DNA of 64,000 nt. Source: Candidatus Hydrogenedentota bacterium. Its GTDB lineage: Bacteria; Hydrogenedentota; Hydrogenedentia; Hydrogenedentales; SLHB01. The position numbers and the translations under genes were made by a program. Shown here piece by piece: positions 38,826 to 47,302 of this stretch. How positions within the stretch are numbered: the stretch's first letter is position 1; the number at the start of each line of letters is the position of its first letter. The stretch lies in assembly GCA_963745075.1 (NCBI GenBank), contig CAVUWV010000010.1, positions 96,001 through 160,000 on the forward strand, in the 5' to 3' direction. The notes under the pieces were generated by a model, which was given only the letters and a program-made list of their open reading frames with translations, did not search any database and was not told where the DNA came from.

Positions 38826-40415
38826 TTACACCAGTCGGGCTGTGCGGTATTGGCGCGGGTTAATATTGTGCTTCCGCACCCGGAGCCCCATGATTCGCTC
38901 GGTAATCCCAGCGACTTCCGCCGCCTTGGCTTTGTTGCCGCGGGAGTTTTTCAGCGCTTCAATCAGCATCTCCCGTTCCACGTTGTCCAATGTGGCTTCG
39001 AGCGTCTCTTTCATGATGGTGCCCGAGGCTTCCGCCGTCTGCAGGGTGGGGGGGAGGTGATGTCCGTGGACCACGTCGTCATTGCTCAGCAACACGGCGC
39101 GTTCGATGCAGTTTTCCAATTCGCGAACGTTGCCGGGCCAATGGTAGCTCGACAGCATGTCGATAGCGGGGGTCGAGATCCGGCGAATGTCTTTTCCGGC
39201 GGACTTGCTGGCTTTCTCGACGAAGTGGTTGGCCAAGTCGAGGATGTCCGCCCGGCGTTCACGGAGCGGCGGGATGTGGATGGGAAACACGTTCAGGCGA
39301 TAGTACAGATCCTGCCGGAACGTTTCGTCTTCCATGAGGGTTTCCAGTTCCCGATTGGTCGCGGCGATGATCCGCACGTCTACCTTGATGGTTTCGGTGC
39401 CGCCGACCCGTTCAAACTCGCGTTCCTGCAGGACCCGCAGCAACCGGATCTGCATCGTCGGTGCGAGATCCCCGATTTCATCCAGGAAGATCGTGCCGCC
39501 ATCAGCCAGTTCGAATCGTCCTTTGCGCTGCTGCAACGCGTTAGTGAAGGCGCCTTTCTCATGGCCGAAGAGTTCACTCTCGATTATGGACTCCGGCAGG
39601 GCCGCGCAATTCACTTTCACGAAGGGCTTGGAGGCCCGCAGGCTGTTGTAGTGGATCGCGCTGGCCACCAGCTCTTTGCCCACGCCGCTTTCGCCGCGGA
39701 TCAGCACGGTCGCGTCGCTCTTGGCCACTTGTCCGATCAGGTCGAAGACCTTCTGCATGGCGTTCGAACGGCCGATGATGTTCGCCGGACGGAATCGATC
39801 TTTCAACTCGTTTTGCAGCCGGAGATTCTCTTCGCGCAGCCGCTGCTGCTCTTCCATGGCGGACTGGCGCAGGCGCACCGCTTGCGCGATCATCGACGCG
39901 ATAATCGAAAGGAGGCGAATGTCTTCGTCCAACGAAACCGGACCCGAAAACAGGCGGTCGACGCTCAGCGCCCCGATGGTCTCATTGCCCAACTTGATGG
40001 GCACACAGATGAAGGAGACTTCGTCCTTCTTGACCTTTTGCCGGGCGCCCGTTTTGTCTAGAAAAGTCGGCTCGTCGGAGATGCGCGGAATCGCCACGGC
40101 GCGTCCCGTTTCCACCACCATCCCGGTGACGCCTTCGCCCCTCCGGTAGTGGCCGCGTTCCCGCTGGCTTTCCGACAGCCCGTGCGCCGCCTCGATGAAC
40201 AGTTCTCCGGTGTCGCGGTTCAACAGCGTGAGGGTACCGCGCACCATTCCCGTGTTGTTGGCGATGGCTTTTAAGAGGGTGCCGACCTCGTCGCGCAAGT
40301 CCAGGCTGCGGTCCAGGGTCTGGCTGATCTCGAAGAGCAGGGACAACTCGCCGAGATCCTTCTTGATATCCGGACCCGTCCGTCGGCGGTGAACCTTCGT
40401 TTTTGTCTGTGACAT
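38826..40415 (-). CDS. NifA-like GAF-AAA+-HTH sigma54-dependent activator
   Basis: GAF domain ([14 protein letters not shown]), [41 protein letters not shown] and an HTH. Confidence 0.93.
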   Translation of the reverse strand: MSQTKTKVHRRRTGPDIKKDLGELSLLFEISQTLDRSLDLRDEVGTLLKAIANNTGMVRGTLTLLNRDTGELFIEAAHGLSESQRERGHYRRGEGVTGMVVETGRAVAIPRISDEPTFLDKTGARQKVKKDEVSFICVPIKLGNETIGALSVDRLFSGPVSLDEDIRLLSIIASMIAQAVRLRQSAMEEQQRLREENLRLQNELKDRFRPANIIGRSNAMQKVFDLIGQVAKSDATVLIRGESGVGKELVASAIHYNSLRASKPFVKVNCAALPESIIESELFGHEKGAFTNALQQRKGRFELADGGTIFLDEIGDLAPTMQIRLLRVLQEREFERVGGTETIKVDVRIIAATNRELETLMEDETFRQDLYYRLNVFPIHIPPLRERRADILDLANHFVEKASKSAGKDIRRISTPAIDMLSSYHWPGNVRELENCIERAVLLSNDDVVHGHHLPPTLQTAEASGTIMKETLEATLDNVEREMLIEALKNSRGNKAKAAEVAGITERIMGLRVRKHNINPRQYRTARLV

Positions 40416-40456
40416 GATGCAAATCTACCCGAAATGTAAGTAGCTGGCTACGGAAA

Positions 40457-40493
40457 CGTACCATATGGTAGGATTCTGATTCGGCAATGTCAA
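40457..40493 (-). promoter_or_regulatory. sigma70-type promoter of the activator, with the operator overlapping -10
   Basis: TTGACA(40493-88)-17-TACCAT(40470-65). CGTACC-ATAT-GGTAGG (40457-40472) covers the -10. Confidence 0.7.
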
Positions 40494-40697
40494 GTGGGAC
40501 GATTCACTGATCGGCATTGCGCTCTTCCCGGTACTTGGTCACGGCCGTCGAAAGATGAAATCCATTTCCGCTATCATCTCGGTAACCGGCTCAGCGGAGA
40601 TCTCGCAGCCCACGGGACGATCGATCTTCCCCGTCGCGTGCACGCGTTCTACTGTGCCATATGTCTGTTTTTCCGACGATCGACACAAGGAAGACCA

Positions 40698-43151
40698 ATG
40701 ACTTTTCACTCAGGTGTTTCGCGTTCGACCTTACTGTGCGGGCTGCTTGCGGTTAGTTTGTTGTCCTCCCCAATCGCCGATGCCGAAGACCCCATCGATC
40801 TGACGCAATGCGCTGTCCTTTCCGAGACCGCAACGCCGGTTGTTACAAAAGCGAGTGAGATGTTGATCGAAGAGATCGGCGAACGCACCGGGTTGCATCT
40901 GCCCGCCGTCACGACGATCGATCGGGATGCCCCCGCGATCGTCCTCAGCACGGAGGATGGATTGTCCGTACCCGTGCCGGTCTATCCCGAAGGGATAACC
41001 GTGCCGGAGCGCGCGGATGGGTACGCGCTGTGGCTTGACAACGACGGACCCGCTCCCCGCGTGTACGTCGTCGGTCATGACGCGCGCGGCGTGTTATTCG
41101 GCGTGGGACGTCTTCTGCGGACACTGCAGATGCGGGATGGGGAGATCGCGTTGGATCCCACGTTTCGGATTGCCACCGCGCCTCACGATCGGATTCGGGG
41201 TCATCAACTGGGCTATCGCGCTGCCAACAACACGATCGACGCCTGGAACGTTGCCCGGTTCGAGCAGTACATCCGCGACCTCATCGTTTTCGGCGCCAAC
41301 TGTATCGAATTGATTCCCGACTTCGACCGGGGCCCCAAGGACAGCCCGCACATGCCCTTGACGACCTCCGAGATGAACCGGCAATTGTGCGGCATCATCT
41401 CGTTATACGGACTGGATGTCTGGAGCTGGCATGCGCTGCACGGCGATGTGTCCGACGAGTCTGTAGCAAAAGCGGAATTGGAGCGCAGCCGACGCGACTT
41501 CGCGGATCTTCCGGAACTCGACGCGGTATTCGTGCCGAGCGGCGATCCCGGTGAGACTCCGGCCGACAAGTTGTTACCGTTCCTCGCGCGATTCGCGGGG
41601 GTCCTTCACGAAGTGCACCCGGACGCCGAACTCTGGGTGTCGACGCAAGGGTTTACCGACGAGGAGAACGAGTATTTCTTTCACTACCTTGCGACGGAAC
41701 AACCAGACTGGCTGACCGGCGTGGTTTTCGGCCCCTGGGCCAAGTTGACTCTGCGGGAACTGCGCCAGCGCATCCCGCAGCAATACCCGGTGCGTTCCTA
41801 TCCCGACATCACCCATACTGTGCGCTGTCAGTATCCCGTCCCCCACTGGGATCGCGCGTTTGCCCATACCTTGGGCCGTGAACCGGCCAATCCCCGGCCC
41901 GTGGCGGAGGCGCACATCCATGAACTGGAAACGGATCTGTGCGAAGGATTCATCACCTATTCGGATGGCGTGAACGACGACGTGAACAAGATGATCTGGT
42001 CCGCCTGCGGCTGGGATCCACAGGTGGACGTGCAGGAAGTATTGGAAGACTACAGCCGCTACTTTTTCGGACCGGACTTCGCGGCTGACGGAGCGGCGGG
42101 GTTGCTCGCCGAGGAGAACAACTGGAAGGGTCCATTGGGGGCCAACAAGGGAGTCGATCGGACGCTGGAGCACTGGCAGGCCATGGAGCACCGCGCCGAC
42201 GCGAAATTGCTCGGCAACTGGCGCTTTCAGCAGGGATTGCTGCGCGCCTACTACGACGCGTACGTCAAGGCCCGTCTCGTGCAAGCGATTGATGCGGAGT
42301 CCCGTGCTTACGCCGAACTGGCCAAAGCGAACGACATCGGCGCCCCCGCGGCACTGGACGCCGCAGATACCGCCCTCGGTATGTACGACGATTTTCCTGC
42401 TGCGCCCGATCTTCGCATGCGTATCGACGAGTTGGGCAAACAACTCTACGAGAGCATCGGCATGCAACTCAGTGTTGAAACGTACGGAGCCAGCGGCAAA
42501 GAGCGGGGCGCCGTGCTGGACGGACTGGATTCGCCGCTTAACGACCGGGCTTGGCTTGAATCGCAGTTTGCCGCACTACGTGCCGAGTCGAAGGCCGAAA
42601 CGCAATTGGCGGGTATCGAACGCCTCGTGAATTGGGAGAAGCCCACGTCCGACGCCTTCTACGATGATTTGGGCAACGGAGAAAAAGAACCACACCTCGT
42701 CTATCAGAAAACGTGGGCGGAAGATCCGGGATTTGTCGAATCGCCTCAGGACGAATTCTCCATGAGCCCGCTCGAACCCCAGGATCCCCTTCAACTCGAA
42801 CCCAAAGCCGAACCCCGGGCATCGAACGTCTCTCCTCCGCGCTTGTCCTGGCTCGATCAGGGGGAAACTTTGTATCGCACCGATTTGCTCATGCGCTACG
42901 AACATCTCGATCCGAAGAAGACTTATACACTGCGCGCGGTCTATGCCGGCCGGTTTCACGCTACCATGAAACTCATGGCCGATGATACGTATGAGGTCCA
43001 TGGGCCCATACCGTACAGCGAGCCCCTCGAAGTGCATGAGTTCCCCATCCCGGCCGACGCGACGAAGGACGGTGTTTTGAACCTGCGCTGGATCGCAGTT
43101 GAAGGAAGGGGACCCCAAGTCGCCGAGGTCTGGCTCGTTCCGAATTCGTAA
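40698..43151 (+). CDS. Secreted hypothetical protein with a GH20/GH67-like N-terminal domain (putative glycoside hydrolase)
   Basis: Signal peptide, then DGYALW...VVGHDARGVLFGVGRLLR and RGHQLGYR. 817 aa from ATG 40698. Confidence 0.6.
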   Translation: MTFHSGVSRSTLLCGLLAVSLLSSPIADAEDPIDLTQCAVLSETATPVVTKASEMLIEEIGERTGLHLPAVTTIDRDAPAIVLSTEDGLSVPVPVYPEGITVPERADGYALWLDNDGPAPRVYVVGHDARGVLFGVGRLLRTLQMRDGEIALDPTFRIATAPHDRIRGHQLGYRAANNTIDAWNVARFEQYIRDLIVFGANCIELIPDFDRGPKDSPHMPLTTSEMNRQLCGIISLYGLDVWSWHALHGDVSDESVAKAELERSRRDFADLPELDAVFVPSGDPGETPADKLLPFLARFAGVLHEVHPDAELWVSTQGFTDEENEYFFHYLATEQPDWLTGVVFGPWAKLTLRELRQRIPQQYPVRSYPDITHTVRCQYPVPHWDRAFAHTLGREPANPRPVAEAHIHELETDLCEGFITYSDGVNDDVNKMIWSACGWDPQVDVQEVLEDYSRYFFGPDFAADGAAGLLAEENNWKGPLGANKGVDRTLEHWQAMEHRADAKLLGNWRFQQGLLRAYYDAYVKARLVQAIDAESRAYAELAKANDIGAPAALDAADTALGMYDDFPAAPDLRMRIDELGKQLYESIGMQLSVETYGASGKERGAVLDGLDSPLNDRAWLESQFAALRAESKAETQLAGIERLVNWEKPTSDAFYDDLGNGEKEPHLVYQKTWAEDPGFVESPQDEFSMSPLEPQDPLQLEPKAEPRASNVSPPRLSWLDQGETLYRTDLLMRYEHLDPKKTYTLRAVYAGRFHATMKLMADDTYEVHGPIPYSEPLEVHEFPIPADATKDGVLNLRWIAVEGRGPQVAEVWLVPNS

Positions 43152-43212
43152 CCGGGGATCGCTGCGAGCATTGTTGCGTGGAATGAACGACGTGCCGCAC
43201 AAATGTTCCAGT

Positions 43213-43283
43213 TCGTAATCGTAATCGTAATCGTAATCGTAATCGTAATCGTAATCGTAATCGCGTAATCGTAATCGTAATCG
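43213..43283. repeat. (TCGTAA)n microsatellite
   Basis: Eight perfect units at 43213-43260, a 2-bp interruption, then about 3 more units. It lies between convergent genes. Confidence 0.95.
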
Positions 43284-43338
43284 AATGCAGAACGAGGCAG
43301 TCTCAACGTTTACCCAATGAGACGTTGCGCTCGTCCTA

Positions 43339-44208
43339 TCACTGCTTCGCACCGTACGCCCGTGCTTCATCTTCGAAGTAGGTGTGCAGTGATTCCGTTC
43401 CGAAGGGTTCTCCAATCATGTCGCGCGTCAGGACGGTCAGGAAGAATTCGATGGGGCCGTATGACTTCGATGAGGTACACGCGTGAAGCGCCGGAATTGC
43501 GAGGTGTGCAAGAAACGACGGTACGCACGTGATCCGCACGGGCTTCTTCAACGCCTGGAATGCGGCGCTCGCGATCTCGCGATGGGTCAATACCGCGGGA
43601 CCGCCAAAATTGAATTCGCGCGCGTTGGATTCGATCGCGTTTACACAGGCCTTGGCGACGTTGCGTCCGTGAACCGGATTCATCCGAAAATCGCCGTTTC
43701 CGAATAAATAGATCCTGCCCTTTCGCGCCATCTTCAGGAATTCGCCCATGTCGGAGAAGTAGCCGTTGGGCCGCATGACGGCGTAGTCCAGCTCCGAGGC
43801 CGCCAGTTCGGCCGCGAACCGCTCTTTTGCGGCGGTCATCTTCAGGTGGGGCATTGCATCCGCGCCCAATGCTGACACATAGATGAATTTCCGGACGCCC
43901 GCGCGCTTCGATTCTTCCAGAAGATTCACGTTGCCTTGATAGTCGACGTCCTCGTATGTCAAACCATCCTTTTGCCGTGTGATACCGATGGCGGAAACGA
44001 CTGCGTCGATACCGTCTGCGATGCCGCGAAGGGAACTTGGCTCCGTTACCTGGCCGACAACGGTTTCGTCCGCGTCCACCGCCGCGGCCTTGTCGCGCGT
44101 TCGGGCCAATGCGCGAACCCGGTAGCCCCGTTTCTTGAGGATTTCCAACAGGTACCCACCGAGGTATCCCGTTGCACCGGCCACCAGGACGCGTTCCCGT
44201 TGGTTCAT
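43339..44208 (-). CDS. NAD(P)-binding atypical SDR (NmrA/epimerase-like)
   Basis: Motifs VLVAGATGYLG, VDYQGN, RPNGYF and NPVHG. Confidence 0.88.
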   Translation of the reverse strand: MNQRERVLVAGATGYLGGYLLEILKKRGYRVRALARTRDKAAAVDADETVVGQVTEPSSLRGIADGIDAVVSAIGITRQKDGLTYEDVDYQGNVNLLEESKRAGVRKFIYVSALGADAMPHLKMTAAKERFAAELAASELDYAVMRPNGYFSDMGEFLKMARKGRIYLFGNGDFRMNPVHGRNVAKACVNAIESNAREFNFGGPAVLTHREIASAAFQALKKPVRITCVPSFLAHLAIPALHACTSSKSYGPIEFFLTVLTRDMIGEPFGTESLHTYFEDEARAYGAKQ

Positions 44209-44221
44209 GATTGGTTTTCGC

Positions 44222-45490
44222 CTACAGTTTTACCACGCGACAACCGGGCGCCGGCTCGAGGTCCTTCGTCGCGTTTCGTGCATCGAAGACGAGACCTGGC
44301 TGACGGAGTACGGCAGCATAGTCGAAGGCTTGGTGGTCGGTTACGATCGCGACGCAGTCAAACGACGCGACCCCTTGCTCGAGCGGGTAGGCGTGGAATC
44401 GCTGGCCCAACACCTCCAGTTCCGGCACGTACGGGTCGGCGTACGAGACCTCGGCGCCCCGCTGGCGCAAGAGACCGATGATATCCAGCGCGGGGGATTC
44501 CCGGGTATCGCTCACATCCGGCTTGTACGCCACGCCGAGCACGAGAATCCGGCTCCCGTTGATGCTTTTCTTACACGCGTCCAGCGCGTTGTGAATTCGG
44601 CTCACCACGTATTCCGGCATGCTCGAATTGATTGCGCTGGCGAGTTCGATGAACCGGGCTGTATAGTCAATGGTCTTCAACTTCCAGGACAGGTAGAGCG
44701 GGTCGATCGGGATGCAGTGTCCCCCCAGGCCGGGTCCGGGGTAGAACGGCATGAAACCGAAGGGTTTCGTCTTCGCCGCATCGATCACCTCCCAGACATC
44801 TACGCCGAGCCGGTCGCACATGATCGCCAGCTCGTTGACCATCCCAATGTTGATAGCACGAAACGTATTTTCGAGTAGCTTGACCATTTCGGCGGCCCGC
44901 GCGCTCTTCACCGGCACCACCGAGTCAATGGCATGCCGGTACAACTCGGTCGCGCGTGCGGTACATTCCGGAGTCACACCACCAACGACCTTCGGAGTAT
45001 TGCGGGTCGTATACCGATCGTTTGCCGGGTCGACACGCTCCGGCGAAAACGCAAGATAGAAATCCTTGCCGACGACGAGCCCGGTTTCTCCCAACCGCGG
45101 CAGGACCAGTTCCTCCGTCGTTCCGGGATACGTGGTGCTTTCGAGTACGACCAGCATTCCCGGGTGAAGCCGGGGCGCGATCGCTTCCACCGCGTTGACG
45201 ATGTATGAGATGTCCGGGTCCATGCTCTTGCGCAACGGAGTTGGCACGCAGATGCACACGGCGTCGGCGTCCACCAAGGCGTCATAGTCCCCGGTAGCCC
45301 GAAAACGCCCGGAGTTGACCAACTCACCCACGGTGGCATCGGGCACGTCCAACACGTATGACCGCCCGTCGTTGATCGCCTCCACCTTGGATTCGTCGAC
45401 GTCGATCCCCACCACGTCCAGTCCCCCGCGGGCAAACTCCACGCACAATGGCAGTCCCACGTACCCGAGCCCGATCACTGCTACGCCCAC
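44222..45490 (-). CDS. Nucleotide-sugar dehydrogenase (UDP-GlcNAc 6-dehydrogenase, WbpA-like)
   Basis: Motifs GLGYVGLP, ICVPTP, LESTTYPGTT, FSPER, GGHCIPIDP and AYKPDVSDTRESP. Confidence 0.92.
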   Translation of the reverse strand: MGVAVIGLGYVGLPLCVEFARGGLDVVGIDVDESKVEAINDGRSYVLDVPDATVGELVNSGRFRATGDYDALVDADAVCICVPTPLRKSMDPDISYIVNAVEAIAPRLHPGMLVVLESTTYPGTTEELVLPRLGETGLVVGKDFYLAFSPERVDPANDRYTTRNTPKVVGGVTPECTARATELYRHAIDSVVPVKSARAAEMVKLLENTFRAINIGMVNELAIMCDRLGVDVWEVIDAAKTKPFGFMPFYPGPGLGGHCIPIDPLYLSWKLKTIDYTARFIELASAINSSMPEYVVSRIHNALDACKKSINGSRILVLGVAYKPDVSDTRESPALDIIGLLRQRGAEVSYADPYVPELEVLGQRFHAYPLEQGVASFDCVAIVTDHQAFDYAAVLRQPGLVFDARNATKDLEPAPGCRVVKL

Positions 45491-45989
45491 TGAAGACCCC
45501 TCCCTTATCCATATTCCTCACCGTACCGCGAAACTCCGATTTGCGAGACGAAGCCGACGGCGCGGCGAGAATTCCGGGCTGAATCGAAGAATGCGAAACG
45601 AAACTCAGCATACCTAACCCGTTTAACTGGCGTCCAGTACTCGTTTTGAAAGCACCGGGAACTGGCGCCTTCGTCGGGGCTTACGAACCAAGGAGGAAAT
45701 CGTTTCTCTCCTCGTGACGGATCGAATTATGTTCCGGACTCTATCCCCTGGGAAGACAAAATTACCCCATCCGCCACAATAGTTACTCACTGTGACTTAT
45801 AAGTTGTCATGGTTGACAATTTTGTGATTAGATAATCTATTGTCAAACGTCATTATGCTTGCGAAATTCTATGAAATCGTGTAATATCGAACGTGGAACG
45901 AAATGCGCCAGTGGCGGATAGTGTGGTATCCCTTGAGCGAATGTACCATATATTGGGTTGAGCGTGCACACGCTCGATTCTGTGGATCG

Positions 45990-46005
45990 TGGCACGTGGC
46001 TTGCT
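45990..46005 (+). promoter_or_regulatory. sigma54 promoter heading the EPS/exosortase cluster
   Basis: TGGCACGTGGCTTGCT is a consensus match. Confidence 0.8.
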
Positions 46006-46105
46006 CCCTGTACGAACGTCTTCGGGCAGTTCCGGAGTCAACTGCCGGAACTCGGATCCGGCATGGCAATTCTCGTTCGAACGGATTGGATGTAGATTGA
46101 GCACG

Positions 46106-47164
46106 ATGAACCAGATGCAGACGAGCGATAACATCATCCGTGCGCCCCTGAACGAAGGTCTATTGGGGGTAAGCAAAGCCATCGCCGAAGTCCGTGAAAT
46201 GGTAGTGCGGTTGGCGCAATCGGATATTACCGTGCTGATAAGCGGCGAGAGCGGTACCGGAAAGGACATCGCGGCCCGCATGCTTCACAAGAACTCCGCC
46301 CGGTACGGAAAACCGTTCATCAAGGTGAACTGTCCCGCGATTCCGGAGAGCATCCTGGAGAGCGAACTATTCGGATACGAACGCGGCGCGTTCACGGGCG
46401 CACGGAGCGCCAAGCCCGGCCGGTTTGAATTGGCGAACCACGGCACGATATTTCTTGACGAGATTGCAGAGACTTCGTACACTGTCCAAGGCAAGCTGTT
46501 GCAGGTACTTGACGGCGAGCCGCCAATGCGCATCGGTGGGGTGAGCCCGATCCCGGTCGATGTGCGCATCGCGGCTGCGACCAACGTCCCGCTGGAGGAC
46601 ACCGTGCGCCGCGGGGCGATGCGGGAAGATTTGTTCTTTCGGCTGAGCGACGTGATCGTTCGGATGCCGTCGTTGCGCGAGCGCCGGGAGGACATCCCAT
46701 TGCTCGCCGAGCACTTCAATTTTAATTACTCCGATCGGTTGGGTAAGCCGTACGAGCCTATCGCGCAAGACTTTCAGGAACGGATCGCGAGTCTCGACTG
46801 GCCGGGAAACGTGCGGGAACTGGGGGCGTGCGTCAAGAAGTTCGTCGCCACCGGCGACCCGGAGACGCTGTTTGGCGATAGCGGTCAATCACCTGAACCC
46901 GTTGCCGTAGCGCTGCGAGACGGCGGTCAAGTCTCGCTGCCCGCGGCCCCGCAACAGGCGGACACCAGCCCGCCTGGGAAAAAGTTCGTATCGTTGAAGG
47001 CGGCAACCCAGAAAGCAATCGAAGAGACGGAGCGGGCACTTATCGAGGAAGCGTTGCGTTATACCTTGTGGAATCGTCGAAAGGCGGCCAAACTGCTGGA
47101 AATCAGCTATAGTTCGTTGTTGCGCCGCATCGACGCCTACCATATTGGGAAGGACAATGGGTAG
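46106..47164 (+). CDS. sigma54-dependent activator lacking an N-terminal regulatory domain
   Basis: Motifs GESGTGKD, GAFTGA, FLDEI and WPGNVREL with a C-terminal HTH. The AAA+ domain begins about 20 aa after the start. Confidence 0.9.
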   Translation: MNQMQTSDNIIRAPLNEGLLGVSKAIAEVREMVVRLAQSDITVLISGESGTGKDIAARMLHKNSARYGKPFIKVNCPAIPESILESELFGYERGAFTGARSAKPGRFELANHGTIFLDEIAETSYTVQGKLLQVLDGEPPMRIGGVSPIPVDVRIAAATNVPLEDTVRRGAMREDLFFRLSDVIVRMPSLRERREDIPLLAEHFNFNYSDRLGKPYEPIAQDFQERIASLDWPGNVRELGACVKKFVATGDPETLFGDSGQSPEPVAVALRDGGQVSLPAAPQQADTSPPGKKFVSLKAATQKAIEETERALIEEALRYTLWNRRKAAKLLEISYSSLLRRIDAYHIGKDNG

Positions 47165-47302
47165 CCCGGGATTCCCAGACGCGCGTACGACCGGGTGTGT
47201 ATCCATCGACCATATCGAGGGTTCTGCGTAATGATAGAGAAACCAATTCCGTCAACGTACGCGCGAGAATTGCGGATTAGTACAATTGGAGGAGCCCGCA
47301 GC

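Noticed and set aside
38775..40061. 428-aa + strand ORF
   Set aside because: Antisense shadow of the NifA-like activator.
38826..40415. Calling the activator nifA and inferring nitrogen fixation
   Set aside because: No nif genes are present and the inferred operator is not TGT-N10-ACA. Only the domain architecture is shared.
43213..43283. Possible CRISPR array, or a DYDYDY/ITITIT-coding ORF
   Set aside because: It is a pure hexamer microsatellite with no spacers and no cas genes. The ORFs crossing it overlap real genes.
45490..45512. Fifth frameshift at the start of the nucleotide-sugar dehydrogenase (out-of-frame ATG at 45512)
   Set aside because: GTG 45490 has a well-placed GGAGG RBS and begins at the Rossmann strand, so no frameshift is needed.
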